Below, in pieces: positions 45,517-59,537 of a stretch of 64,000 nucleotides of DNA (positions within the stretch are counted from its first letter, which is position 1; each line of letters opens with the position of its first letter). Origin of the DNA: Eledone cirrhosa (lineage: Eukaryota); NCBI GenBank assembly GCA_964016885.1, contig OZ024742.1, forward strand, positions 305,226,001 through 305,290,000. The letters run 5' to 3'. The notes below the pieces were generated by a model that saw only the letters and a list, made by a program, of their open reading frames with translations, searched no databases and was not told the origin of the DNA. The translations under genes were made by a program, and so were the position numbers.

Positions 45517-47365
45517 AAAATTTCGCTCTACATGGCTGAATACAATAAATGTAATCTGAGTTTTTCGAATATTAATAATAATATTCAATTCGTTTGCAAT
45601 TATGCAAACAAGCCTCAATTCTATAGCCATGTCAGTAGAATGAACACTTCATTCTTGCTCTTGTGTTGGCATGCGAATAGAACTGCAGTCACTAATGTTT
45701 CTGGGTATCACCCTTCATCAGAACAGCTCACTGTTCACCTGCCAAACTATCAGAGCTAGTGAAAATATATGCTATTTTCAAAAATACACAGTGACTGTGT
45801 CGTCACCAAAAATCTAAGGTTGTTTCATTAAAATCATAATAAAAATATCCACCTCATATGATTCATGAAATCGATAAAATAAATGCTATAATATTTATAG
45901 CGATATTTCATTGATAATAAGATACGTGTTATAAAGCGAGTTCACTGGAAAACAACGAGATGTATGTATTGTAGGAATAGAGTTGCTAGTTAATATACTA
46001 TCGTATATACTTCGCATACTTAGCCGAAATGTGTGGAAGAGTAGTCCTGCAGTATGAGAGGAATGTACCCGACAAGTGTTGTGTTACTCTCAGTGATGAC
46101 CAAAAATTACTGTATGTACCAGGATACATAAACGATAGCCCGTTCATGTGATTTATAGCAGGTCTTTTCATACTAGTCCGTGTGACAAATCCGGCGCCCC
46201 GTTGAATTTCATTCGGTCAGCGATCATCAATGAAGTCTGCACAGTTTGTACGTCTTTTTTCTCATCATAAACATTTAGTTAAACTTTTACTGAACTTATT
46301 CGTTCATCTCCCTTATTTTGTATTAAATATTTGATCCCGCGGTGATTTAGTAAAATAAATGTTTTTACTTAAGTAATTACATGATATTATAGTGTTAAGA
46401 ATTGTTTGCTCTTCTTCATTTCAATACCTTTGCAAAACATTAGTAAACGCTTATACAGAAATGTTTTTCAAATGTATTATCGTGGATTCATTTTTCTATT
46501 CTCTGCAAAAAATAAAGAATTTTCTAATTCGGCCAAACGCGCTGAAAGCCAGCCTCAAAGCGAAACATTCAAATTAATAACGATATCAATAATTTATAAA
46601 TAAAATACTAATAATTATCTGATTGAAATTTTCTGACGATAATCGCAATTAATAAATCATATAGTGATTGATTATAGAATTAAGATTAAATTGTAACTCA
46701 CATAGTTTCAAGGGAGATAATATAGAAACGTAAATGTTAGTTAGTTCCCTTATAAGCAAATTTTAAGAGTTATTTCCCTTATGTTGTAATTGTGAAAAAT
46801 GATTAAATATGCATTTTAGTTTATTACATATACACTATTTTTAATATATATACGTATAAATATATATATTGACTGATATATGAAATAGCTTTTTATTTAG
46901 TTTTGTCTTCGTATATTTAAAGACTAATATCTGTCCGGTTTCGAGTTGACTCAATCAATCATGAACCTTGTGTTCATATAACAGAGTTTACTTAGATGCA
47001 AGTCTTCAAACCTGATTCTGGTGAAAATCACTTCAGTAATTGTGCTGCAGATATATAAATTGTGTATCACCCATATTGATCTCAACTTCGTCGGGGGGGG
47101 GGGGGGGCATGGCTTGAAATTGTCACGAGATCTGTTCCTTCTCCATCCAGGTAACATTTAAAAAAATAAAGTGGTAGGAAATTTGTGTTTGCTTTCAACA
47201 ATGTATTTATTGTATTGATTTAGAATGAAGCTAGAATTGATTAAATAAGACATTTGTATGTGTAAACCGGGAGACCCCCCTCCCCCATATATATACATAT
47301 ATATATTCAAGGGTCAATAGAGGTACAAAAAGTCTTATTAGTTTCACGCTTTATATTGGAAAGAG

Positions 47366-47410
47366 GAAAGGACGTTCGACGTGTCGGGCGCAAGCCCTTC
47401 TTCAGGATTA
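47366..47410 (-). ncRNA. Degenerate Penelope-type hammerhead ribozyme core
   Basis: Minus strand CTGAAGAA-GGGC-ttgc-GCCC-GAcACGTC, inside a short insert between (TA)n tracts. Confidence 0.55.
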
Positions 47411-47478
47411 AAAATAGAGATAGGATCACAAAGGAGAAACAGAAAAAAGGTCCGAGAAAAGAAACAAAATCGAAGATG

Positions 47479-47577
<99 letters not shown>

Positions 47578-48208
47578 TCAAAACGTGGAAGCGAAAGAAA
47601 ATTATGATACAATATATTAGATGCCAATAGCCGAAGCGAAGTGTACTCAATGCTTAGAGGTGCAATGTTAAATATTATACAAAGGTTAATATTCAATGAG
47701 AGTTAACCGCAATCTGACGTGTTTTTATCTCTCCTGTAAAGGAATATTTATTCCAGTAATGGTAATTTTCAATCGCTGTTATATAAATTGGACTACCTTC
47801 CAGCAACAATGTTTCTTCTTTGAAGATTCTATGAAAATATCCCTTATAGCAATATATATATGCATACGCACACACATATATGTATAGAACTGTTATATTG
47901 ATATCGAGTAAATGAAACACCGTGTAAGAAGTAAATTTTGTTTTTGAATGTATTGCCTTCTCCTCGATTTATTTTGCTTATATATACATGTATATATAAG
48001 AAGCCGAAATTTCGGCTTTTGAAGTGCTGAGAATATATGTATATATATGTATAAAGAAAGTGGTCAAGATATTTCCTCCTACATTCTAACGCTTCTGATA
48101 AATTTTGTACAAGGAATTAAAATATCCCCGTGCTGTGTTTTAGCTGAAATAAATACGTTTGTTTATATTTTGTTATTGCGTATGCAAAATATCTGTTACA
48201 CGAATATA

Positions 48209-48263
<55 letters not shown>

Positions 48264-48286
48264 AGTGTGTATATATATATATATAA

Positions 48287-48362
<76 letters not shown>

Positions 48363-48590
48363 GTGAGGTTTTTTTTACAAAATGAAAAATAACCGAGGTA
48401 TCCTACACGAGTGAAAGTATAAAGAAAAAAAGATGAAATCGAAAATGCAACTGGAGTCTTATTTTTTTTAAAAATATATATATTTATTTGGTTCCTTTAC
48501 CGGTTTCGCAGTTCTTCTGCTTTTCAAAAGTAGAGTTGAGATGGAGGGTCTGTGGTTTTTCTCAAATATATATATATGCACACACATACG

Positions 48591-48700
<110 letters not shown>

Positions 48701-48879
48701 GCGTCATAATGTCGTAATGCAGACAGCCAGACATACAGACAGATATTATAAGGGCGCAACCTTTTTATCTATGTATCTATCTAAAAAGAGAAACACTAAG
48801 AATTATAGAGAGAGATCGCTAAATCGTCTTATGCGGTCCCTATGGCATTGATAATTTGGAATTTTCTTTTCTGAAAAGA

Positions 48880-48988
48880 CTCACAGGGCCATAAGTATTA
48901 CATGTGTAAAGTTTGAAAACAATCGGTTGCGTGGTTCTTGAGCTTTAGTGATCGGACAGACAGACATTCTTTGTTTTAGATATATAGT
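48880..48988 (-). mobile_element. Helitron-like 5' terminal fragment
   Basis: Minus strand ctatatatctaaaacaaagaatgtctgtctgtcc...caaccgattgttttcaaacttt resembles invertebrate non-autonomous Helitron 5' ends. Confidence 0.5.
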
Positions 48989-49109
48989 TAATGTTAAACT
49001 GAGATGAAGTATAATTAGTCTATTTATATATACAGTTTTTTCTTATATATAACATAACTGTCTAATAAATGTTTATGTATGTATGTATGTATGTATGTAT
49101 GTATGTATG

Positions 49110-49143
<34 letters not shown>

Positions 49144-49907
49144 TGTAGGTATGTATGTGTATGTATGAACGTATGTATGAATGTTGAAACTAGCGTTAAC
49201 AGCCGGAACCAGCCGCTAAAATTGTTCACACAACCTACAAACAGCTCACATTCGCTCATTGGACGTCTTTAGCTTGAAGAACACAATCGTTTTCGTCCTC
49301 ATGGGCCCCGCGGACAGGATAGAGACGCATTACTTCGGAGTATAGTAAAGATGGGCTGAAAAAAACCATTCCATCTCTCGGAGATCATATTTGCTGGTTG
49401 CAAACTCTGTACCAATAGAAGTGTTAGGATGGAAGAAGGGACACATACATCAGAATTGCCCACCACTATATATATGTCCAATGATGAACAATCAAAATGC
49501 GTTGGCATCAAAATATATGTCTGGCTTCGAACTGAACAGGTTGCTGCTGAAGAAGGTCACATCTCAGCTGAGGGGCTTACCACCAAGAACAGGACCATTG
49601 TGATGACATAACATTTTACCATTCCTTCGGTTCCAGCTTAATGATCGCGTGGAATATAGTCTCTACAGAAATCTTTTGTTGCAGTTTAAAATCAGATTAA
49701 TTACCCGGTTGCTTTCGGTACAAATGGCGGTTCTGACAATTACTGGTATGTCTGGGCGCCAGGAGTTAAGAGGCTAGCTTTATAATTACATAGGGTTGGG
49801 TTTCATCTCACTTTACGACATCTTAAGCAAATGGTTTCAATCTTAACTTCGCTTTGACTAATATCGTTTACGTGAAATTTGGTAGCCAATTACAGTGAAG
49901 TATATCT

Positions 49908-49981
<74 letters not shown>

Positions 49982-51237
49982 ATATATATATACACACAAG
50001 GATAAGGGCCATCAAGTCTCGATGAACTCTCGGCATGTCTTGGAAAGTTAAAACCTGGTGAAGTCCATCCCTCTCTAGGAAATAAATAGAAAAATTAAGT
50101 GATGTTGTGTGATTAGAAATGTCTAAAATGACACTTCTGCAGTAATTACCTTATGTGTTCTTTCTTAAGCTACGACGATCTGGTAGGTTTTTAGTGAAAC
50201 TGCTATTTCTCACAGAGAAACGATATTTGTTAATTTTGTGTGGGGTGAATGATGCTAAACTCCGAGATGAATCCTACGAGTGAGTTTCTCCAGTGCACTG
50301 CATATTGAACTGCTTTAAAATCCTAATTCGTGTTTCCTTTATCTAAATTGCTAAAAAAAATCCTGATTGCTGCCTCCTTACAAATGCATAAATCCTCTGG
50401 GATGGTCAGGTGGGTTGCAATTATAATTCAGACGTCTTTCTCACCTGGAATCACAATCTTTCACCTTGGGAAATACGTGTCGGATTGATCAGAAAGTTAT
50501 TCAATACATTCAGTTGAGCGAACAACTTGATACTAATTGTTGAAACCAGGGGCTGATACATAGTGTAGAATTTTAACACTTGACGTCGGAACTGTCAGTT
50601 TGACGAATCTTGTAAGATTTAGATATGAAAGAAGGTATGAGGTTAATTGCCTATTCAACAATAAAAGGAGGTATATTCAACAAAAGAAATTTAACTGTTA
50701 TGTATATATATATATATGTGTGTGTGTATATATATATATGTATATATATATATATGGAGAATAAGATGGCTGTGTAGTTGTTAGTTAAGTTAGGCTTAAA
50801 AATGGTATGAGAATAAGAAGAAAGCAGCAACGGTGGGGGGGTTTCCTCATCAGTTGTCTACTGGGGTCTCGGATATTTCAACGCTTTAAAGACAATATAT
50901 CTACCCCCAGAGCGTTCAATAACTGGGTAAGATATTGGGAAAACGGAGGAGAGAGGGAAGAGGGAAAGAAGGAAGAAAAGGGAAAACAGCGAAAAAAACA
51001 ACAAACTGAGGAATGTGAAAGCAACTGAAGGTAAAAATATCCAAGACCACAGCGGTAACAGAACTTAAGTTCGAGAGCATGTGATCGAACGAAAAGACAC
51101 ATACACACACACACACACATATAACAAGCCGTATGTCAAGAACGGTCTGATGTACACTATTTTCATATCAAATTGGCCCATTTTTTACCAACAAATATGT
51201 CAAAATATGTGATTTGCACCCAAAGTTGGACTATAGT

Positions 51238-51337
<100 letters not shown>

Positions 51338-52296
51338 CAATACATGAACTACTTTAATTTTTACCCACAAATGATATGTAGAAAATGATTTAAGAGTCAG
51401 GCATTAATAAATGATTCAGGGGAAACAATCCTTCCTAAGAAATTGAGAGTACTTTCCCTTGAAAATGTTTTCAGTGGGGGTTGCTGACTGGGTTAATATA
51501 ATTGATTTTTGACGAGTTACATAAGTTACGCATATAAACCCCTTCAATTACTGCAATAACGTGTTTGAATGGTTAAAGTGTTCAATTCGTAGCCATTTGG
51601 TTCTAGGTTCGCTCCCACTGCATACTACCTGGAGCAATTGTCTTCAGCAATACGTTGTGAGTGGAATTCCATTTACTGAAACACACAGACACATACACAC
51701 ACATGCCTACGTGGGCGCACGCACACACGCACGCACATACACTCTCACACACGAACACACACTCATACATCGAAAATACATAATATATATTCGATGTTTT
51801 CAAACACAAAGATGAAGCGGGTGTACCAGAGCCATACGGACCCCCGAAAGCCATGAGCAAGTAAGGAAAATGATCGCACATGCGGTGCGAACGTGTATAA
51901 GATTAACTCACAAAGGACATATATTCAAGTTCAATAACAAAATATATAAGAAGAGGGTGCAGACATTGTTTATTTAGCCAGCCTCTTTATGGTATGGTGG
52001 GACAAGAGACATGCGGAACGCCTAGAAGAGAACTCTACAGCCCTGATTAGTACTTCCGCTACGTAGCTGACATCAAGAAAGTAGTTTAAACGTCCCCACA
52101 AGAGATCACTCAGGAATTAGAAATGAACACTATAAAAAGCATCCGGGGAATAGCTAACTCCATGTACCATATTATTAAAGTTACCGTAGACTACCCGACA
52201 TGGGCATCTTTATTCTCCTTTTGCCATTATATTTTCTTCGTTGCATATCCAAATTTGTGTGGATTCCTATGCCTCTGTTTATTTTAGCTTTTAAAT

Positions 52297-52324
52297 CACC
52301 CGGGCAAGGCCGGGTGCTGCTAAT
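52297..52324 (+). mobile_element. Helitron-like 3' terminus
   Basis: GC hairpin cacccgggcaaggccgggtg followed by ctgctaat (degenerate CTAG-T). Confidence 0.5.
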
Positions 52325-52793
52325 ATCATGTTTGTGTGTGTACGCGCGCAGGTGAGTGACGTAATATATCCATAGCAGTCTGTGTATGTGTTATCTTAAA
52401 AGTGTGTATGTTTGTGTATGTCTGCGAGTCATTCTGTCAAATTGTTTTCAACCGTTCATTCACGCAACTAAACACAATGTAAATCTAGGCAAAATCGTTC
52501 CAAATAGAGAAACAATGATAAAAGTGAGTGAAAGTAGGAGGAGGTCATTTGCAAAATGTGATAACATTGGAAGAGGAGAATGTTTGTGAGGGCTAGATAT
52601 GGATCATTTTGTAGGGAGTCTTGCTAACTAAACATGGACGTCATTCATTCTTTGTGCATGAAAGAGGATTAAACTAATCCAGGTTGATGGGCAATCCTTT
52701 GAAATTTAAAGAGAATAAATATATCTTTACATGTGAATGGAAGATAAGATGCAGGAGTAAAGAAAGAGATAATTGAGTTGTGTGTGTCGTGTA

Positions 52794-52829
<36 letters not shown>

Positions 52830-53645
52830 CGGGGAGAGGGGAGGGGAGAGAGATTGAGAGACTAAACAAATGAAGAGATATAGAAAGTGAATCGATAGGG
52901 AGAGACTAGAGGGGAAAAGGGGAGGAAAGGACAGCAAGGAAATATGTTTAATTAGTCCCGAAGCGAAAGAGGGTGAACTGGAAAATAGCGAGGAAATATA
53001 TTTTTGTAGAGACATGAGAGAGAAGGAGAGGGAATGGATTAAATTTAATTTTTTTTTTTGTTTAACTCGGAGACTATTTGAGGGAAAGGGTTGATATAGA
53101 TGAGCGTAGAGAGAGATTAGGAGAGAAGGGGTGAGGAAGGAGAGAGAGATATAGCGGAGAAAGGCTAGAAAGACATACTAATAGAATAAATACAAGAGCG
53201 GGAAAGATAAAAATGTATAAATTAAAAGAAAGATGCTGAATTGTTTTAAACGAAAGAAAGATGTGAAATAAATGAAGTAGGAATAAAAAGGCTATAAACA
53301 GTACTGAGCAATAAAGGAAGGAGAGGGTAAAATGAAAGAGATTAGCTGGGAAGGAGTGAGAAATGTTTTTTTCCACGCTTTCCCAAATTCGCTATCTTGT
53401 TTCAATGTTCATTTAGTACCGCATTGTTTCAAAAATATATATATTATATTACCTTACAAATAAGTTGCATGTTTTGACTTTAAAAAATGGTGATAAAAAT
53501 ACCGTTGAAGACAGTGATGAACCTTATATATCGTTGCTTCTACAATAAAAAAAAAAATGATTGCAGATTTGTCATGCCTTTATTTCTATAGTTTAAATCT
53601 CTTGTATGTTTAATAAAGTGAATGTCTGTTTCGGTTTTTTAACAG

Positions 53646-54116
53646 ATCGCAGAAACGTATGCATTCTTGCCGCGAGAAGCCGTCACCAGATTTCTCATGT
53701 CTTGTTCTGATTGCCAAAAACGAATGCACCTGACTGGAGAAAACAACACAAACAGCAGTAGTAGCAGTAATAACAACAATAACAACAGCAGCAACAATAC
53801 CAACAACACCAATATCAGCAGCAACAACAACAGTAACACCTACAACTTTACCGGGGTTGGTGGAATTGGAGGTGTATGTAATACTGGAATTGGTGTTGGA
53901 AGTATTGGCGGTTCCGTAGGAAGTGGAGGCGTTGCCGTCGGTGGCATCACTGGCGGCATCGGGACCAATACAGCTGGTGTAGGTGACAATGGCAACAGTG
54001 GACAAATGAAGAACATCCGGGTCACGGATGATCCACCAATCATTGACTTCAGCGTGCCTATAACCCAAACATATCTAAACCACATGAGAAATAAAGGGTA
54101 TTATTACCATGATGAT
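53646..54116 (+). CDS. NOL4: Internal coding exon of a nucleolar protein 4 (NOL4/NOL4L)-like gene
   Basis: Acceptor ttttttaacAG ends at 53645 and donor GTAAGT starts at 54117; 471 nt = 157 codons, phase 0/0. Translates IAETYAFLPREAVTRFLMSCSDCQKRMHL...IIDFSVPITQTYLNHMRNKG, matching from memory the NOL4/NOL4L motifs YAFLPREAVTRFLMSCxECQKRMH and DYNMPITxxYMKHM. An N-rich and G-rich low-complexity linker lies between them. Confidence 0.9.
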
Positions 54117-54298
54117 GTAAGTTGAGCTCACATTCTTTTCTTTAACTTTGATATTGCACTTTAGCTCCATGCCTTTCTTATTTTCTTATTTAGTACTCTT
54201 TACTTTTCTTTTCTTATTCCACCTTGATGATAGGTAAACTTTTGCATAATCTGGTCACCTTCTTATATATATGTGTGTGTGGGGTGGTATTATATAAG

Positions 54299-54330
<32 letters not shown>

Positions 54331-54566
54331 TGTGAGTGTGTGTGTAAATCACCATATGATTGTTTTTGTGAAACAAGGAGCCAACAGTCGAACCTCTTCA
54401 TTTTCACTGGACCTGCTACAAATAGCAGCTAAGACACACGATACTATGTATAAATAGTTTGTCGCATTGAAATTTCGCTAGAGTTGATTTATTTACACCG
54501 GCAGCACATCAAAGAAGCTGTCATCAAAAGTATTAAAGATATCAGACTCTCATATATATTGACTAT

Positions 54567-54928
54567 GGATTGGCAGTATCGGTAAAGGGTTAGACACCAT
54601 GCTTTGCAGCATAGAGTTACGGCCCTTTATGATCTGAGTTCAAATCCCACCGAGGTTAACTTTGCCTTTCATCCTTACGGAGTCGATAAAATAAAGTACT
54701 AGTATTACACTGGGGTCAATTTAATTGACTTTCCCCTCCCCCAAAATTTCTGGTCTTGTGCCTATATAAGAAACCATTATTTAGTCAATCTTCTGATTTC
54801 AAATCCCGCCGAGGTTAGTTTTGCCTTTCGACCTTACGGGATCGATAAAATAGAATACCGGTACGCAGTGGGGTTGACTTAATCGACATTCCCCTCCTCC
54901 AAAATGATTGGTTTTGTGCCTAAACCAA
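54567..54928 (+). mobile_element. Two tandem SINE family 1 copies (second 5'-truncated)
   Basis: Family motifs at 54567-54781 and 54798-54928. Confidence 0.85.
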
Positions 54929-55641
54929 TATACTAAATAAAAGTCATACAAAGATATAGGACAGTAGCTGTGAAGATTATGGTACGAAGATCAGGACAAG
55001 GGTGACAGAGCTCATTCCATAAGTAGGTACTCCTGAGAAGTTGAACATTAAAGAAAAGCTACTCACGCAAATGACAGGGTTTACATAGTTTGGGGGAATA
55101 GATCGAGACTAGAATGCAAACTGATTTAGCTACGAATAAACAACTTTGCTGACGCATTCAAAGATACACATAAAGACTGGCCAACTCAATTATCTACCTC
55201 TTCATTTGTCAATGGCAAATGCGGACAAAACATGGAGCGAAAACTCATAACCTGTGAAATGGCAAATCCGAAAACAGAAATATCCTGGGTTCAGAGCCAG
55301 AAGAAAACCATGCTGGCTACGGTGTGGTTGAGTCACAAACGCACTGTACTTGTGTGGCTGAGACACAAACACACTTCACACCTACAGGATGACACTAGTA
55401 CAAACTGCTCGCGTTGTTGCAGATCGCTAACATCTTCCTGGTTGAAGTGGATAATAGGTATTTTGAAGAATATATATATATATATATATATATATTTCTC
55501 TTAAGCTATATTCCAGGTGTCAACAGACACATTCACAAATGTACACACACACTCCCCCCCCCCACACACATATATACACATATATATATACATATATATA
55601 CATATATATACACATATATACACACATATACATATATATAC

Positions 55642-55750
<109 letters not shown>

Positions 55751-55990
55751 TATATATATATATATATATTCCATCTTTCTTGCTCAAAATTTGATTTTAA
55801 TTTTAAATCTTTAATTTTTAGTTTTTAACTCCTTTTAATTCTTTTTAGTTTCTATTTCAATACTCAACATTTGATAAGATGAATTTTAATAATACATCGA
55901 AACCGGTAATACTTTATATACATTATAAAACATAAAAAAAAAAAATTGTCCCTCTCATTTTTTCAATAATGTTATCTTTTCATTAATTGT

Positions 55991-56181
55991 GGACTGGCAG
56001 TATCGGTAGATGGTCGGACGCCATGCTTTGCAGCAAAGACTTACGACTTACGGCTCTTTATGGTTTGAGTTCAAATCACGCTGAGGTTAACTTTGCCTTT
56101 CATCCTTACGGGGTCGATAAAATAAAGTACCAGTAATGCACTGGGTAATTGCTGGCCTTGTGCCAAAAGTAGAAACAATTA
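55991..56181 (+). mobile_element. SINE family 1
   Basis: ggactggcagtatcggtag...gagttcaaatc...cctttcatccttacggggtcgataaaataaagtacc. Confidence 0.88.
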
Positions 56182-56327
56182 ATGTCACTTTGACGAATAA
56201 AAGAAAGAATAAAAAAACAAAACAGTCCCTTTAAATATATTTTCCGTGCTATTTCCAACATCACCTTTTCTCTATATCCACTGTTTTGTATAGAACCTTA
56301 CTTCCCTTTTCTAATATATATATATAC

Positions 56328-56365
<38 letters not shown>

Positions 56366-57000
56366 GATAAATCTCCCAAAATATACGGTAGTGTCCAATC
56401 CGTATGAAGAACTCAATGTAATCCAAATATCATGAAAAGAGAAGATGCATTCAAAAATTTTTGATGAAAATCACAGGAAAACAGAGTCAAGATAAATTAA
56501 TAAAAACAATGAATAAAAACAAAGAACAAGTTCCTTATATTAAAAAATTCATCATTTTACGATCGTTTCTAGGATATATATGTGTGTATCTTATGTAAAA
56601 ATATTACAAACTATCAGAGGAAATATACATACCTTCACATATATATGCTGTCTTCGGAAATAATGAGATGTGTTTATTGAAAAAAAACAACAAAGATTTA
56701 ATATAATAGGTCTGTTTGGGAACAGGTTTTGAATTGACCAATAGAAAAGTAGTAAGAGGTCAAGTTGATAGAATAGTAGTAGTAGAAATTTAATTTAGAA
56801 GGAGAGGAATGCAGACTTATGTTTTGAATGGAAACAATACTTTGAATGAAAAGAATACTTTGGGGATGAAAAGAGGTCAAGCCGGTGAAGGGTACACGAA
56901 CATTTGATGTTATTAAAGAATAATGTTAATGTTAAAACCGAAGCAGAGTAAAATTTTAAGGTAAAGATATTAGTGAGAATTACCAATCTTATTTAAAACA

Positions 57001-57330
57001 CAATCCTATATAGGAGCTACGTCTAACCAATTTAAAGTAAGATTTAATACCCACAAACATAGTTTTAAAAATGCCGCATTAGCTAATACAAAATCCTTGG
57101 CTGAAACAATTAATAATTATAGAAAAAAGAATATCGATTACAACCTGACCTGGAGTGTGCTCAAAAGGGCCACCCCTTATCAAAATAACAGATATGAGTG
57201 TAGATTATGCTCCCAGGAACTTTTTGAAATAATGAAATCTAAGGATATCCTATTAAATAAGCGAGAAGAATTAATTATATCTTGCAATCATAGAATTAGA
57301 AGAACTTTCAAATATTATAAATCTAATTAA
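57001..57330 (+). pseudogene. GIY-YIG endonuclease C-terminal fragment (Naiad-type)
   Basis: Open frame QSYIGATSNQFKVRFNTHKHSF...SLAETI...YNLTWSVLKRATPY...CRLCSQE...LLNKREELIISCNH; truncated at the inversion junction. Confidence 0.85.
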
Positions 57331-57471
57331 TATACACCTTACACTTATATTTTACATATTATTATAATTAGTTTTTTTAATTTAGTTAACCTATAATTAG
57401 TACTTTACTACAGAGAACTTCATAATTTTATTTCCCTCTTACAGCTCTCTTTTCCTAAAATTAATACCTAA

Positions 57472-57803
57472 AAGTATACATATAAATTAATTTAATTTCC
57501 TGTTATGAATCTAGATTCCTTGTAGTCTATATAAGATTGGTATTTCTCACTACTACACTTATTCCAAAATTTTATTTTCCTTCGTTTTTAACAACATTCT
57601 TTAATAACATCTAATTCTTATTTATCACATCCATATGAATTAATATATATTTATCCCTATAAGTATACCTATCAATTAATTTAATTTCTTGTTATAGATC
57701 TAAATTCCTTGTGTTTTAAATAAGATTGGTATTTCTCACTAATACCTTTACCCTAAAATTTTACTCCCTTTCGGTTTTAACATTATTCTTTAATAACATC
57801 AAA
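57472..57803 (+). repeat. Diverged direct duplication (~143 bp similar blocks, period ~189) in the Penelope 3' region
   Basis: aagtatac...aattaatttaatttc...taagattggtatttctcact...ttctttaataacatc at 57472-57614 and again at 57661-57803. Confidence 0.8.
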
Positions 57804-58035
57804 TGTTCGTGTACTCTTCACCGGCTTGACCTCTTTTCATCCCCAATGTATTCTTTCCCATCAAAACATAAATCTGCATTCTTCTACCCCTAAATTAAAT
57901 TTCTACTACTACTATTCTATCAACTTGATCTCTTACTACTTTTCTATTGGTCAATTCAAAACCTGTTCCCAAACAGACCTATTATATTAAATCTTTGCTG
58001 TTTTTTTTCAATAAACAGATCTCATTATTTCTGAA

Positions 58036-58138
58036 ATCCCGCCGAGGTTGACTTTGCCTTTCATCCTTATGGGGTCGATAAAATAAAGTACCAGTCATGC
58101 ATTGGGTAATTGCTGGCCTTGTGCCTAGAGTAGAAACA
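58036..58138 (+). mobile_element. 5'-truncated SINE family 1 inserted in one arm of the Penelope inverted repeat
   Basis: TSD attatttctgaa at 58024-58035 and 58139-58150; absent from the opposite arm (around 56655). Confidence 0.9.
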
Positions 58139-58324
58139 ATTATTTCTGAAGACAGCATATAAATGATGTGAAGGTATATATTTCCTCTGTTAGTTTGTAA
58201 TATTTTTACATAGATCTATATGATATACATACCAACACACATATATATCCTAGAAACGATCGTAAAATGAAGAATGTTTTAATATAAGGAACTTGTTCTT
58301 TGTTTTTATTCATTGTTTTTATTA

Positions 58325-58399
<75 letters not shown>

Positions 58400-59063
58400 T
58401 ATGTGTGTGAATATACTGTATTTTCTCAAGTGCGAAACATTTTGAACTTACTTTGACGGGATAAATAGGTTGGGTATCATTCATCTAATGGTTGGTGTAA
58501 AAAACTTTATCAAGAGACACTACTAATGCGCCAACATCTCCCATTGGATTTGGACATGACGGTAATTTATTAATCCCAAGCTGCTTTTTTCCCCCTGCTA
58601 TAGAAGACAGTATTGTTGAAACAAATATATTTTTTCTTCTTTCAGAAGCTTATAAATATATAATATAGACATATCAAACAAAAGTAAATGAGATTAATTA
58701 ACATCTAAAAGAAAATTACTAGAAACTCATTTGAAAACTTCTTTTTAAACGAGAAGTAGGATAAGACTGTTTCTACACAAAATGCTAAATGACCGTTTGT
58801 TTTATATTTTTAACGTCAGTGGAAGCTTTAAAAATGAAGTGACATTTATGTTAGAGATTTCAATGAATAACGTAGTACAATTTTAGAAATAGAAAAAGAA
58901 ATATATACATTGTCTCCAGGTGGAGGGTTGTATTGTACAGAGAAATACAGTTTGTGGATATATATTTATATGAATCGATGTATGTATGCATGTATGCATG
59001 TATGTAGACATGCATTCATGTATGATTCTTTGCATGTCTGTATACATATATAAAGGAACGGGA

Positions 59064-59180
59064 AGGCGTGTGGCTGAGTGGTTAGAGAATTGGATTCGCA
59101 ATCGTGAGGTTGTGAGTTCGATTCCCGGACCGGTCAATGCGTTATGTCCATGAGCAAGACACTTTATTTCACGTTGCTCC
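59064..59180 (+). mobile_element. Second tRNA-derived SINE family
   Basis: tggctgagtggttag (A-box), gagttcgattccc (B-box), followed by tgagcaagacacttta rather than a tRNA 3' stem; weaker relatives near 10696-10762(-), 36905-36985(-) and 51560-51640(+). Confidence 0.75.
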
Positions 59181-59281
59181 TTCTACCTGGAGTTGCGACG
59201 GATAGATAGTATTAGCAATGGCAAAAACCAATGGAAACATTGTTTCCTCGGTCCGATTTAACGAAAGTCGGTCGTTCCTTT

Positions 59282-59346
<65 letters not shown>

Positions 59347-59448
59347 GTAGGTTCCTGAATTGTGTCGGGGAGAACCACAGTTAAAAAATGGAACTCAATA
59401 AGTTGGTAGAGTATAGATACTTTTTTTTAATTATATATAGAAATGAAA

Positions 59449-59537
59449 TCTACAGGACTAGAACTGTTTCATTCGTATGAAATGATCGGGAATGTTCTGA
59501 GGATTTCATAAAAATGAAACAGTTCTAGTCCTGTAGA
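59449..59537. repeat. Inverted repeat (~35-40 bp arms) with hammerhead-like core
   Basis: tctacaggactagaactgtttcatt / aatgaaacagttctagtcctgtaga; the right arm reads CTGAGGA-tttcataaaaat-GAAAC. Confidence 0.85.

Larger units (their letters stand above)
56362..58330 (+). mobile_element. Second Penelope-like (Naiad-type) remnant with ~510 bp inverted terminal arms, in (TA)n
   Basis: 56492-57000 is the reverse complement of 57712-58330 (the latter interrupted by a SINE); the endonuclease fragment lies in the spacer; (TA)n on both sides. Confidence 0.82.

Noticed and set aside
49260-49610. Possible decayed LINE C-terminus (also 51930-52140 and 55000-55450)
   Set aside because: Only vague motif similarity; insufficient support.
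59064-59135. Possible tRNA gene
   Set aside because: No clean acceptor stem or terminator and it continues into a SINE body; treated as a SINE head.
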